Source: Bifidobacteriaceae bacterium (GTDB lineage Bacteria > Actinomycetota > Actinomycetes > Actinomycetales > WQXJ01). From it: a DNA stretch of 64,000 bases. The stretch's first letter is position 1. Each line of letters opens with the position of its first letter. Location of the stretch: assembly GCA_031270825.1 (NCBI GenBank), contig JAISXH010000044.1, forward strand, positions 29,444 to 93,443, read 5' to 3'. The notes under the pieces are model-generated. The model saw only the letters and a list, made by a program, of their open reading frames with translations, made no database searches and had not been told where the DNA came from. Position numbers and translations under genes: made by a program. This document shows, piece by piece, positions 7,401 through 16,113 of this stretch.

Positions 7401-8749
7401 GGCGCCGCGGGGGAGGTCGAACTGGTGTCAGCGGCCACGGCCTGATGGGCGGCGGCGAAGCCCAACTCCAAATCGGCCAGGATGTCGTCGATTCCCTCTA
7501 AGCCGACGGCCAGGCGGACCAGGCCGGGGGTGACTGCCGAAAGGGCTTGTTCTTCGGGGCTGAGCTGCGAATGCGTGGTCGAGGCGGGATGGATGACCAA
7601 TGAGCGCACGTCGCCGATGTTGGCGACATTCGAGTGCAGCTTCAGGGCCGAGACGAAAGCCTGTCCAGCTTCGGCGCCGCCGTCGATCTCGAAGGCGAGG
7701 ACCGCTCCGGGGCCGAGCGGCGCGTACTTCTGGGCCAGCTCGTGGTACGGGCTCGACTCGAGGCCGGCGTAATGGACGGTCAGCACGTCATCGCGGGCTT
7801 CGAGCCACTTGGCGACCTGCCGGGCGTTGGCGATGTGGCGTTCGATCCGCAGCGATAGGGTCTCGATCCCCTGCGCCAGCAGGAAGGCGTTGAAGGGCGA
7901 GATGGCCGGCCCGATGTCGCGCAGCAACTGCGCCCGGACCTTCAGGATGTAGGACAGGTTGACGCCGAAGACGCCATTCGGGCCGAAGACATCGCCGAAG
8001 ACCAGGCCGTTGTAGGCCGGATCGGGGGTGGTGAAGCCAGGGAACTTGCCGGCGGCGGCGTAGTCGAAACGGCCGGCGTCGACAATCGCGCCGCCAATCG
8101 AGTTGCCGTGCCCTCCGAGGTACTTGGTGGCGGAATGGATGACCACGTCGGCGCCCCATTCGATGGGCCTGATCAAGTAGGGCGTGGCGACCGTGTTGTC
8201 GACCAACAGCGGCAGGCCGGCGTCATGGGCGACACCAGCCACTCCGGCGATGTCGAGGATGTCGGTCTTCGGGTTGGGGATGGTTTCGCCGAAGAGCAAC
8301 TTGGTGTTGGGCTGGATGGCCCGGCGCCACTCGTCAAGGTCGGCTGGGTCGTCCACAAAAGTGACCGTGATGCCGAAGCGCGGCAGGGTGTTGTTGAACA
8401 GCGAGTAGGTGCCGCCGTAAAGCGAGGCGGCGGAGACTATGTGATCGCCGGCGCCGGCGATGTTGAGGATCGCAAGGGTGGTGGCGCTGGCGCCCGAAGC
8501 GGTCAGCAGCCCGCCGACCCCGCCTTCCAGTTCGGCGATCCGATTCTCGACCACCTCTTGGGTGGGGTTGGTCAAGCGGGTGTAGATGGGTCCGAGTTCT
8601 TGCAGCGCGAACCGCGCCGCGGCGGTCTTGGCGGAAGGGAAGACGTAGGACGTGGTTTGGAAGATCGGCAGCGCGCGAGCGCCGGTGCCGGGGTCTGGTT
8701 GCTGCCCCGCGTGGATCTGTTTGGTTTCGAAGGACCATTGCTGGCTCAT
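7397..8749 (-). CDS. metY: O-acetylhomoserine sulfhydrylase (aminocarboxypropyltransferase).
   Basis: ORF 7397..8854, with the start moved to ATG 8749 (MSQQWSFETKQIHAG; GGAGAA upstream). PLP motif HSATKYLGGHG; typical length of about 450 aa. Confidence 0.9.
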   Translation of the reverse strand: MSQQWSFETKQIHAGQQPDPGTGARALPIFQTTSYVFPSAKTAAARFALQELGPIYTRLTNPTQEVVENRIAELEGGVGGLLTASGASATTLAILNIAGAGDHIVSAASLYGGTYSLFNNTLPRFGITVTFVDDPADLDEWRRAIQPNTKLLFGETIPNPKTDILDIAGVAGVAHDAGLPLLVDNTVATPYLIRPIEWGADVVIHSATKYLGGHGNSIGGAIVDAGRFDYAAAGKFPGFTTPDPAYNGLVFGDVFGPNGVFGVNLSYILKVRAQLLRDIGPAISPFNAFLLAQGIETLSLRIERHIANARQVAKWLEARDDVLTVHYAGLESSPYHELAQKYAPLGPGAVLAFEIDGGAEAGQAFVSALKLHSNVANIGDVRSLVIHPASTTHSQLSPEEQALSAVTPGLVRLAVGLEGIDDILADLELGFAAAHQAVAADTSSTSPAAP

Positions 8750-9019
8750 GGGTGTTCTCCTGTCTTGGCCTGGTTGCCGGTCGCTGGCGGCTGGCGCCCG
8801 GGCCTTGAAGTGCGTGGTTGTTTCGGATTGAGCTTGGGTTGAAGGACCGCGCACGGCCGGGAGAGTAATGGGCGCATCACAACTGCAATCAGTGGTTCAG
8901 TGGATGGGCGCCCGGCGCCGAGTCAAGGCAGGTCGAACGTGCGCTGAGACTTCAGCGACACATTCGACGGGTTTGCATGCCGGCCAGAATAGGCCGGTGG
9001 CCAACCTTTGGAAAGTCCT

Positions 9020-9043
9020 TCTCACATAGTGAGACCGTAGTCT
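9020..9043. promoter_or_regulatory. Perfect palindrome TCTCAC-ATA-GTGAGA (9020..9034) overlapping AGAC-CGTA-GTCT (9032..9043). Candidate operator between the divergent metY and bcp genes.
   Basis: Read directly: gaaagtccTTCTCACATAGTGAGACCGTAGTCTttcg. It is flanked by GAAAG/CTTTC, which could extend the stem. No known regulator motif recognised. Confidence 0.3.
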
Positions 9044-9195
9044 TTCGCTCTGGGCAAACACTGGGCCGGCCCCAAGGTCCCCGGCTTGTTTGTAGGACAA
9101 TTGCAGGGCAGTTGGACAGGCCGCATCCGGTCTGTTTGGGAGACCTGGGCCGGCGTGGGTCCGGCGCAGGTCCGGCGCTAAAGGAGATACAGCGA

Positions 9196-9675
9196 ATGGC
9201 TAAGTTGCAGGTGGGCGACAGGGCCCCCGATTTCACCCTTGACACCGACCGCGGCGAACCGCTGAGCCTGAAGGCCCTGGCCGGCAAGAAGGTCATTCTC
9301 TACGTCTATCCGGCGGCGTTCACGCCCGGATGCTCCCTTGAGGCACAGGATTTCCGGGACGCCTTTAGCTCCTTTGAGCAGGCCGGATACACGGTGATGG
9401 GGCTCTCTCCGGACACGGTGGAAAAGAACGCCGAGTTCGCCCAGAAGATGACTTTGCCGTTCGTCCTGCTCTCCGACCCTGACCATGCGGTCATGGAGGC
9501 CTACGGCGCTTGGGGCGAAAAGGAGTCCTTTGGGCGCAAGACCGTCGGGGTCATCCGGTCGACTTTCGTGATCGGAGCTGACGGCCGCATCGAGTTGGCC
9601 GAATACCGCGTCAAGGCGGCGGGCCACGTCGAGCGCCTGGCCCACGCCCTGGGCGTCGAACTCGAAGGGTTCTAG
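9196..9675 (+). CDS. bcp: Thioredoxin-dependent thiol peroxidase (peroxiredoxin Bcp).
   Basis: ORF 8977..9675, with the start at ATG 9196 preceded by AAGGAG. Sequence MAKLQVGDRAPDFTL..KVILYVYPAAFTPGCSLEA (peroxidatic Cys), 159 aa. Confidence 0.9.
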   Translation: MAKLQVGDRAPDFTLDTDRGEPLSLKALAGKKVILYVYPAAFTPGCSLEAQDFRDAFSSFEQAGYTVMGLSPDTVEKNAEFAQKMTLPFVLLSDPDHAVMEAYGAWGEKESFGRKTVGVIRSTFVIGADGRIELAEYRVKAAGHVERLAHALGVELEGF

Positions 9676-9700
9676 CCCCAGCGCACCAGGCGGCCCTTCC

Positions 9701-9858
9701 CGGCGCACGATGCCGCCCGCTCGCCTTAAGTCCTTTGGCCGCCGGGCTCCTTTCGGGGACCTTGGTCGTCGCCCTGCCCGGCTCACGATGCCGCCTCGGC
9801 GCACGATGCCGCCCGCTCGCCTTAAGTCCTTGGGCCGCCGGGCCCCTTTCGGGCACCT
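9701..9858 (+). repeat. Two 62-nt direct repeats (9701..9762 and 9797..9858) with a 96-nt period, plus a partial third CACGATGCCGCC box at 9784.
   Basis: Hand alignment gives 59/62 identical: cggcgcacgatgccgcccgctcgccttaagtcctt(T/G)ggccgccgggc(T/C)cctttcggg(G/C)acct. Lies in the intergenic region between bcp and the NlpC/P60 gene. Confidence 0.85.
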
Positions 9859-10014
9859 CAGTCATGGCCGCGGCGGCCATCTGTCCATGACGCGGACTGT
9901 GGGCATTGTTGGCGCTGTGGTTTATGTGGCTAATGAGGTAAGATCGCTTGATTGGCTGCTTCCCACCCATGCGTTCCGGACCGTCGGCGGGCCGGAGCGC
10001 AGTTAGGACCATTG

Positions 10015-11346
10015 ATGAGTCACCGCCTCCGAGCGCGTAAGCGGGGTTGGCTGCTTGCCGCCGCCCTGGTGGCGGTCCTGGTCGCGGCCGCTCCGGCCTC
10101 GGCCGATCCCACCCCGGCGCCGTCTTCAGACGCGGCGGTCGAGGAAGCCAAACGCCAAGAGGCGCTGGCCGCGGCTTCAGTGGCGGAAATCGAAGCTATG
10201 CTGGCGGACCTGCGGGGCGAGACCGAACGCGCCGAGGAGGAGGCGGCTCTGGCCGCCGAGGCGTACAACCAAGCCCAGGAAGAACTCGGCCAGGCGAATC
10301 TGGCCGTGGAGGAAGCCAGCGCCGACGCCGAAGAATCGCAGGCCGCCTTGACCCAGGCCAGGGGAGCCTTGGCCCGAGTCGCTCTGATGAACGCCCAATC
10401 CGGTTCGGACATCGCGGCCCTGGAACCATTGCTGAATTCGGGCGGCATCGAAGAGGCGGCCTCCAAGAGCGCGATGCTCTTTGTGGTCGGTTCGGCGGCT
10501 GATCGAGCGGCGTCGAAGTTCGCCGCCGCCAAACAGGCGGCCGACCAAGCGGGGGTGAGGTCGGCCAGGGCGGTCGAGTTGCAAACCGAGAAGTCGGCGG
10601 CGGCCCGACAAAAGGCGGGCGCCGCCCAGCAGGCCACGGAAGCCGCTCAGCGCGCGGAAGCCGATGCCGAAGTCCGCCATCAAGAAATGCTGCAGGTTCT
10701 GGCGCAGAAGAAGAACACCACTGTCGCCGCTGAGGCAGCCGCCGAGAAACGCCAGCTAGAAGAGGCGAACGAGGCCGCACGCCGGGAGGCCGAACGGGCG
10801 AGCCAGGCTCAGCGGCCGTCAAACGGCGCTTCTCAGGGCTCGACTGGATCGGGGGGCGGCGCTACGACGACCCCGGCAACCGGGGGCGACTCAGGAGGCG
10901 GCGGGGGCTCAACTCCGACGTCGCCGTCTGAGGGCGGTTCCGGCGGCGGGACCACACCGCCGCCTACCACCCCAAGCGATGGCGCCGAGGCCGGGCTGGC
11001 GGCCCTGGCTTGGGCGCGCGCCCAAATCGGCAAGCCCTATCAATGGGGCGGCAACGGTCCGAACTCATTCGACTGCTCCGGCCTGACCCAGCAGGCCTGG
11101 AAGAACGGCGGCGGGAAGTCCATTCCCAGAGTCGCGGCGGATCAGTACGCATTGGCGCAGAAGATCCCCTACGAGTCGATGCGCCCCGGCGACCTCATCT
11201 TCTGGCAGCGCGGCGGCGCGCCGATACACCATGTGGCCATGTACGCAGGCAACGGCATGATGGTCGAGGCCATGCAAACGGGGACCAACATCCACGAGAT
11301 CCCCATCCGCTGGGCCAACACCGTCCAGTACGCCGGCCGCTACTGA
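10015..11346 (+). CDS. Secreted NlpC/P60 peptidoglycan endopeptidase with an N-terminal coiled-coil region (RipA-like).
   Basis: ORF 9952..11346, with the start at ATG 10015 (AGGA upstream). Signal peptide MSHRLRARKRGWLLAAALVAVLVAAAPASA, then a long A/E/Q-rich helical region, a G/S/T/P linker, and the catalytic core KPYQWGGNGPNSFDCSGL..IHHVAMYAG. Confidence 0.85.
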   Translation: MSHRLRARKRGWLLAAALVAVLVAAAPASADPTPAPSSDAAVEEAKRQEALAAASVAEIEAMLADLRGETERAEEEAALAAEAYNQAQEELGQANLAVEEASADAEESQAALTQARGALARVALMNAQSGSDIAALEPLLNSGGIEEAASKSAMLFVVGSAADRAASKFAAAKQAADQAGVRSARAVELQTEKSAAARQKAGAAQQATEAAQRAEADAEVRHQEMLQVLAQKKNTTVAAEAAAEKRQLEEANEAARREAERASQAQRPSNGASQGSTGSGGGATTTPATGGDSGGGGGSTPTSPSEGGSGGGTTPPPTTPSDGAEAGLAALAWARAQIGKPYQWGGNGPNSFDCSGLTQQAWKNGGGKSIPRVAADQYALAQKIPYESMRPGDLIFWQRGGAPIHHVAMYAGNGMMVEAMQTGTNIHEIPIRWANTVQYAGRY

Positions 11347-11367
11347 CGCCAGGCCCACCTGGTCTGG

Positions 11368-11440
11368 GGCCGAAGCAGCGTTTGCCTTCCGCGTTTCCGC
11401 TTGTCAGCGTTCCGCTGCCCTGCGTCACCACGCTCCTAGG
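11368..11440 (-). repeat. Copy B (truncated) of the dispersed element.
   Basis: ggccgaagcagcgtttgccttccgcgtttccgcttgtcagcgttccgctgccctgcgtca|ccacgctcctagg. It matches copy C but lacks about 24 nt of hairpin 1 and all of hairpin 2. It lies between the convergent NlpC/P60 and ppa genes. Confidence 0.75.
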
Positions 11441-11469
11441 CCCAACGGTCCCCTTGCCGGCAGTCAGCG

Positions 11470-11497
11470 TGCGGAATCAACACAATCACCGTCCCCT
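11470..11497 (-). repeat. Single 28-nt unit identical to unit 2 of the tandem array at 37357..37433.
   Basis: The reverse complement of tgcggaatcaacacaatcaccgtcccct is AGGGGACGGTGATTGTGTTGATTCCGCA, a 28/28 match to 37385..37412. It lies 15 nt downstream of the ppa stop in sense orientation. Confidence 0.8.
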
Positions 11498-11512
11498 CGC
11501 GGAGTGGGGCGG

Positions 11513-12079
11513 TTAGTAGGACCCGGTGGCTTTGGCGTCTTCTAGGCGTTGGATCGAGGCGATGATCTCGGCTTCGGCGCCGGCGCGGTCGGTCCAGTGC
11601 GATCCTTCGACCGACTTGCCTGGCTCCAGGTCCTTGTAGATCTCGAAGAAGTGCTGGACCTCGAGGCGGTGGAACTCGGACACGTCGTCGATGTCGAGCC
11701 GCCAGGACGAGCGGGTGTCGTGGGCGGGCACGCAGAGCACCTTGTCGTCGCCGCCGGCCTCATCGCGCATGCGGAACATGCCCAGCGCCCGGCAGCGGAT
11801 GAGGCAGCCGGGGAACGTCGGCTCGTCCAGCAGCACCAGCGCGTCCAGCGGGTCGCCGTCCTCACCCAGCGTGCCCTCGACGTAGCCGTAGTCATCCGGG
11901 TAGCGGGTGGCGGTGAACAGCATCCGATCCAGCCGGATGCGGCCGGTGTGGTGGTCCAACTCGTACTTGTTGCGGGAACCTTTGGGGATTTCGATGGTGA
12001 CGTCGAATTCGAGGGGGTGCTCCCCGGTCGCGTCGGAATGCTCGGTCCGTAGGGCTGGCTGGTAGCTGGGCTTTGACAT
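11513..12079 (-). CDS. ppa: Inorganic pyrophosphatase.
   Basis: ORF track, 188 aa. Motifs: [30 protein letters not shown]. Confidence 0.95.
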   Translation of the reverse strand: MSKPSYQPALRTEHSDATGEHPLEFDVTIEIPKGSRNKYELDHHTGRIRLDRMLFTATRYPDDYGYVEGTLGEDGDPLDALVLLDEPTFPGCLIRCRALGMFRMRDEAGGDDKVLCVPAHDTRSSWRLDIDDVSEFHRLEVQHFFEIYKDLEPGKSVEGSHWTDRAGAEAEIIASIQRLEDAKATGSY

Positions 12080-12083
12080 TAAG

Positions 12084-13649
12084 ATGAGGCCTCACGGTTG
12101 GAAGATCGGATGGTTTTCTTTGTCTAGTCTGGCCTATGTGAACGGGCGCCGGAAACCGCTGCCGGCCGGTCGGCAGCGGCGGCGGGCTATCGCAGTCGCG
12201 TTGGCGACGCTGATCGCCACTGGCGGACTGGCCGGGCCCGGGCAAGTCGGCGACATCCCGGTCTTCGCCTCCGCGCCTTTCGCTTCCGCCCAGGCAGCCC
12301 AGTCCAGCCCCGCCGGTCTGTCCGGCTCGAATAGCTGGACGGCCCCAGCGGCCCAGCCGGCCCTCGCCGCCCCCAACCGGGTCACGCCTGTGGCCGAATT
12401 GCTTGACCCGGCCGCGCCGCTGCCCGCCCCAGGCGCTATTCGGGGACTGGCCGGCAAGCACCTTGGCGCCGAGCAAGTGGGAACGGCCAGCGTGTCAGTG
12501 CGCGACTTGGAGTCGGGGGAGGAGCTGTTCTCGGCCAGCCCCAACCAGGCGCTGCCGCCGGCCTCGACGATGAAGCTCCTGACGGCCACTGCCGCCATGG
12601 AGGTCCTGGGGCCCGATGCCACCCTCACCACCGCCGCCGTCCTGACAGTGACCGGCGCCCGGTCGGGAATAGTCACCTTGGTGGCAGGAGGCGACACCAC
12701 TTTGTCGCCCGCTGGCGCCCGCACCGGTGAACCCGTGTCTCGCGCCGGCCTGGGTGATCTGGCTTGGGAAGCGGCCGTGGAACTGCGCCGCCGGGGGGTC
12801 GAAAAGGTACAGGTGCGCCTTGACGACACGATCTTCAGCGGGCCGGCCGTCTACCCGGACTGGGAGTGGTCCCTGGGCACGACTTGGGGAGCGCCGACCA
12901 CGCCGCTGGCGATCATGGGGGGACGGGCCGGACCCGTTTTCGACGCCTCCACTTACCTGGCCGATCCGGCCCTGGCCGCCGCCGATCACTTCCGCGGGCT
13001 TCTGGCCAGCGCCGGTCGCGACGCCAGCCTGGCCCTGCCGCTCTTGGCTGTGACGGGAACGGTCGCGCGGGCGGCGACGCCCGCCCAAAGCGAACCATTG
13101 GCCCAGATCGAATCGGCGCCTGTCCGCGAGCTGGTGGCGTACATGCTGCGGCATTCGAACAACAATCTGGCCGAGTCGCTCGGGCGCATGACAGCGTTGG
13201 CGTTGGGCCGGCCCGGCAGTTTCGAAGGCTGTTCCGCCGCCGTCAGTAAGACTCTGGCCGGCCTCAACCTGGTCGTGGCCTCCCTGAGAATGGATGATTG
13301 TTCCGGTCTCAGCCACGGCTCAACTGTTTCGGCGGCCACTTTGACCAGTGTGCTGGCCTTGAGCGGCGACTCGGACGCCAGCGAACTGGGGCTGATCGCG
13401 CGGAATCTGCCCACGGCGGCGCTGCAGGGCACCTTGACCGAACGGTTCCAGGGGACCCTCGCAGCCGGCAACCTGCGCGCCAAGACCGGGACTTTGACCG
13501 GCGTGACCGCCTTGGCGGGGACAGTCCAAACCGCTGGCGGACGCGAACTGGTCTTCGCCGTCATCGCCAATCCCGGAGACGCCATCTGGACCGATTCCGC
13601 CCGGCAGTCGATCGACCGGTTCGTCGCCGGCCTGGCGGCGCTGGCGTAG
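12084..13649 (+). CDS. dacB: D-alanyl-D-alanine carboxypeptidase/endopeptidase (PBP4, peptidase S13).
   Basis: ORF track. Motifs: SxxK (ASTMKLL), SNN (HSNNNLAE), KTG (AKTGTLTG). ATG 12084 is only 4 nt from the divergent ppa start, so in-frame GTG 12138 ([16 protein letters not shown] plus TM helix) is a plausible true start. Confidence 0.85.
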   Translation: MRPHGWKIGWFSLSSLAYVNGRRKPLPAGRQRRRAIAVALATLIATGGLAGPGQVGDIPVFASAPFASAQAAQSSPAGLSGSNSWTAPAAQPALAAPNRVTPVAELLDPAAPLPAPGAIRGLAGKHLGAEQVGTASVSVRDLESGEELFSASPNQALPPASTMKLLTATAAMEVLGPDATLTTAAVLTVTGARSGIVTLVAGGDTTLSPAGARTGEPVSRAGLGDLAWEAAVELRRRGVEKVQVRLDDTIFSGPAVYPDWEWSLGTTWGAPTTPLAIMGGRAGPVFDASTYLADPALAAADHFRGLLASAGRDASLALPLLAVTGTVARAATPAQSEPLAQIESAPVRELVAYMLRHSNNNLAESLGRMTALALGRPGSFEGCSAAVSKTLAGLNLVVASLRMDDCSGLSHGSTVSAATLTSVLALSGDSDASELGLIARNLPTAALQGTLTERFQGTLAAGNLRAKTGTLTGVTALAGTVQTAGGRELVFAVIANPGDAIWTDSARQSIDRFVAGLAALA

Positions 13650-13817
13650 ATTCCCGCCGCGCAGCGGACGGCTTCAGGGACCGGATCGCCATCACCCCGC
13701 CGGCGCTGGCGCCATGGCGGCCGGACACCGTCCGGCTCGCAGACCTCCTGGGTGGGGACGGCTCCCGGCGTCCAGAGTCTGGGGTGTGGGGGTCCTCGGG
13801 CCTCTAAGGTTGACGGT

Positions 13818-14861
13818 GTGACCACAGGCATCAATTCGGCGCTGGCCGCGCGTGTCGGCACTTTGACGGTCCGGCCGGGCCCGGAGGCCAGCTTCGCCGA
13901 AGGCGTCCACCTGGTGGCTGATCTGCGCAATCAGATCGGCAAAGCCTTCGGCTACGTGGCTGAGATCACAGGTTTGGCCGAGGCGGCCCAAGTCGGGGCG
14001 ACCGCCGAGACGGTCGTGGTGGATCGGCCCGGACTGGTCCGCTCGCTGATCCGAGCGGCCGAGTCGCTGACCGCGCCGATCTGGACCGAGGAGGAGCTGT
14101 CCTGGGCGGCCCGCCAGACCGCCAGCGCCCAGCTCGGCGCCATCGCCGGCGTGATGGCCTACCGCGTTCTGGGCCACTATGACCCCTTCTTCACCGCGCG
14201 CTCCGGCAGTGCCGGCCGCATTGTCCTGTGCGCTCCCAATGTCTTGCGCTTCGAGCGCGAATTGGCGGCCGACCCGCGTGATTTCCATCTCTGGGTGGCC
14301 CTGCATGAAGTCACCCATGCCGTGCAGTTCGCGGCGGCGCCCTGGCTGGTGGACTGGCTGCGGAACCGCCTCGACGCTTTGATGGAGGCCGATCCTGGCC
14401 CGGGCGGCCCCGGCCAACTGCTGGCCGCCGCCAAGAAGCTGCCGGAATTGTTCGCCGACGGAGTCTCTCCCGATGTCCCCGCCCGCATCTTGTCGCCGGA
14501 ACAGTCGCGTCTGGTGGCCGAGTTGACAGCCGCCATGTCGCTGTTGGAGGGCCACGCCGACGTCATCATGGATGCTGTCGGACCGAAAGTGGTCAAAACG
14601 GTGGAGCAGTTGCGGCCCAAGTTCGAGGCCCGACGGGTGGCTCGCGGGCGCTTCGAGCGAGCGCTGAGACGCTTGGCCGGGCTCGAAGCCAAGTCGGCGC
14701 AGTACCTCCAAGGGGCCGCTTTTGTCCGAGCGGGACTGGCCACCTTGGGGCATGAAGGTTTCAACGCCGTCTTCGCGTCTCCGAGCGCGCTTCCGACCGC
14801 GGCCGAGATGGATTACCCGGCCGCTTGGACCCGTCGTGTCGGCCAAGCCGGCGGTGGCTAG
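13818..14861 (+). CDS. Zinc-dependent metalloprotease (HEXXH), conserved actinobacterial Rv3626c-like protein.
   Basis: ORF 13752..14861, with the start moved to GTG 13818 (VTTGINSALAARVG). Motif HLWVALHEVTHAVQF. It sits between dacB and tilS, as I recall for mycobacteria. Confidence 0.75.
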   Translation: MTTGINSALAARVGTLTVRPGPEASFAEGVHLVADLRNQIGKAFGYVAEITGLAEAAQVGATAETVVVDRPGLVRSLIRAAESLTAPIWTEEELSWAARQTASAQLGAIAGVMAYRVLGHYDPFFTARSGSAGRIVLCAPNVLRFERELAADPRDFHLWVALHEVTHAVQFAAAPWLVDWLRNRLDALMEADPGPGGPGQLLAAAKKLPELFADGVSPDVPARILSPEQSRLVAELTAAMSLLEGHADVIMDAVGPKVVKTVEQLRPKFEARRVARGRFERALRRLAGLEAKSAQYLQGAAFVRAGLATLGHEGFNAVFASPSALPTAAEMDYPAAWTRRVGQAGGG

Positions 14862-16113
14862 GCTCGACCCGGCAGTCGCCGCCGGCCGCCTGGCGGTGCG
14901 GTCGTTGTTGCGCCAGGCGTCTCAATCGCCACCGCGGCGTCAGCCGCCCACTAACGATCCGTCCGCCGCCGTCCAGCCGCCGCCATCCGAGTCCGGCCGG
15001 CTCGGGCCGCCTGGCGGCGCCTTGTCCGATGCCGTCCGGCTGGGTGAACAGCCGCCAGCCGGGGTGGCGGACGGGCCCGCCGCAGGCCCGCCCGGCGCCG
15101 TCCGGACGCCACTGACGTTGGTGGCGTGTTCGGGCGGGACGGATTCGTTGGCGCTGGCGGCGGTCACAGCCTTCGAGGCGCCCCGCCAAAGCTGGCGGGC
15201 GGGCGCGGTGATCGTGGACCACGGCCTGCTGCCGGATTCGCCAGCCGTCGCCGCCGCGGCGGCAGAGCAATGCCGGTCCCTCGGCTTGGACCCGGTGGAG
15301 GTGATCGCGGTCGAAGTCGACCGCCAAGCGGGTCAAGGAATCGAGGCCGCGGCCCGCGAGGCGCGCTACCGCGCGCTCGAAGCCGAGGCCCACCGCCACG
15401 GCGCCGCCTTGGTGCTGCTGGCTCACACCCTCGACGATCAAGCCGAGACTGTCCTGTTGGCAATGGCCCGGGGATCTGGCGCCAGGGCGCTGGCCGGCAT
15501 GGCCCCGCGCCGAGGCGTCTTCGCGCGGCCATTCTTGGAACTGACCCGGGTCCAGACCGAGGCCATTGTCGCCAGCGCCGGTCTGGAACCCTGGCAGGAT
15601 CCCACCAATCAGCCCGGCGGTCCCTACGAATCCACCCGTAGCCAGGTCAGGGCGAAGCTGATGCCGGCGGCCAAGAGCGCGCTCGGTCCTGGGTTCGACC
15701 GCGCTCTGGCCAGAACCGCCGCGCGAATCCGCGAAGATCAGGAGTGCCTTGACGCCCAAGGCGCGGACCTCCTGGCGCAGGCGGTGGCAACGGCCGGCGG
15801 GGCGGCATCGGACCCGGCGGATCGGGTGACACTGGCGGTGAGCGCTCTGGCCGGCGCCCACCCGGCCGTCCGTCGCCGGGCCCTGCGCCAAGCCGCGCTG
15901 GCCGCTGGCGCGGCGGCGGGCGCCCTCAACACCGCCCAGATCGAAGCCGTTGACCGTTTGCTGGCGGACTGGCGCGGCCAGGGGCCTGTCAACTTGGCCG
16001 GCCGGGTCATGGTCCGGCGCAAGTGTGGCAAGCTGGAGTTTCGCGCATTTCCAACCACACAACTCCCCGAAGGAGGCCGAGGTGGACGCCCACGACATGG
16101 GGACGGACCTTGA
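14854..16113 (+). CDS. tilS: tRNA(Ile)-lysidine synthase.
   Basis: ORF 14722..16113. GTG 14854 overlaps the upstream stop (GTGGCTAG); GTG 14836 is an alternative. PP-loop LTLVACSGGTDSLALA. A ~65-aa Pro-rich insertion sits between the N-terminal helix and the PP-loop. Confidence 0.85.
   Translation: MARLDPAVAAGRLAVRSLLRQASQSPPRRQPPTNDPSAAVQPPPSESGRLGPPGGALSDAVRLGEQPPAGVADGPAAGPPGAVRTPLTLVACSGGTDSLALAAVTAFEAPRQSWRAGAVIVDHGLLPDSPAVAAAAAEQCRSLGLDPVEVIAVEVDRQAGQGIEAAAREARYRALEAEAHRHGAALVLLAHTLDDQAETVLLAMARGSGARALAGMAPRRGVFARPFLELTRVQTEAIVASAGLEPWQDPTNQPGGPYESTRSQVRAKLMPAAKSALGPGFDRALARTAARIREDQECLDAQGADLLAQAVATAGGAASDPADRVTLAVSALAGAHPAVRRRALRQAALAAGAAAGALNTAQIEAVDRLLADWRGQGPVNLAGRVMVRRKCGKLEFRAFPTTQLPEGGRGGRPRHGDGP

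Noticed and set aside
8750-8830. Possible SAM-IV / SAM-I-like riboswitch in the metY leader. The minus strand reads UUCAAGGCCCGGGCGCCAGCCGCCAGCGACCGGCAACCAGGCC.
   Set aside because: The CAAG-CCCGG..CCGGCAACC stretch resembles the SAM-I/IV core. However, the obligatory partner GGUGCC..(A)UCC segment is absent, because the sequence runs straight into the SD and ATG. I cannot build the P1/P3 helices. Left uncalled pending cmsearch (RF00162, RF00634, RF01725, RF02885).
9710-10006. A 98-aa ORF spanning the 62-nt direct repeats (MPPARLKSFGRRAPFG..MPPARLKSLGRRAPFG..).
   Set aside because: The internal peptide repeat is only a by-product of the DNA duplication. The sequence is highly basic and Pro-rich, with no RBS. 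The region is better explained as non-coding repeat DNA.
9860-10014. Possible c-di-AMP (ydaO-type) riboswitch upstream of the NlpC/P60 hydrolase gene. This class is known upstream of actinobacterial cell-wall hydrolases.
   Set aside because: Only fragmentary resemblance: AAGATCGCTTGATTGG vs AAUCGCUUAAUC, and CCGTCGGC vs CCGUCAGC. The conserved ACGGGGA and CAGCUAAC-type segments were not found. A likely -10 (TAAGAT, 9939..9944) would leave a leader of only about 65 nt, too short for this riboswitch. A cmsearch with RF00379 would settle it.
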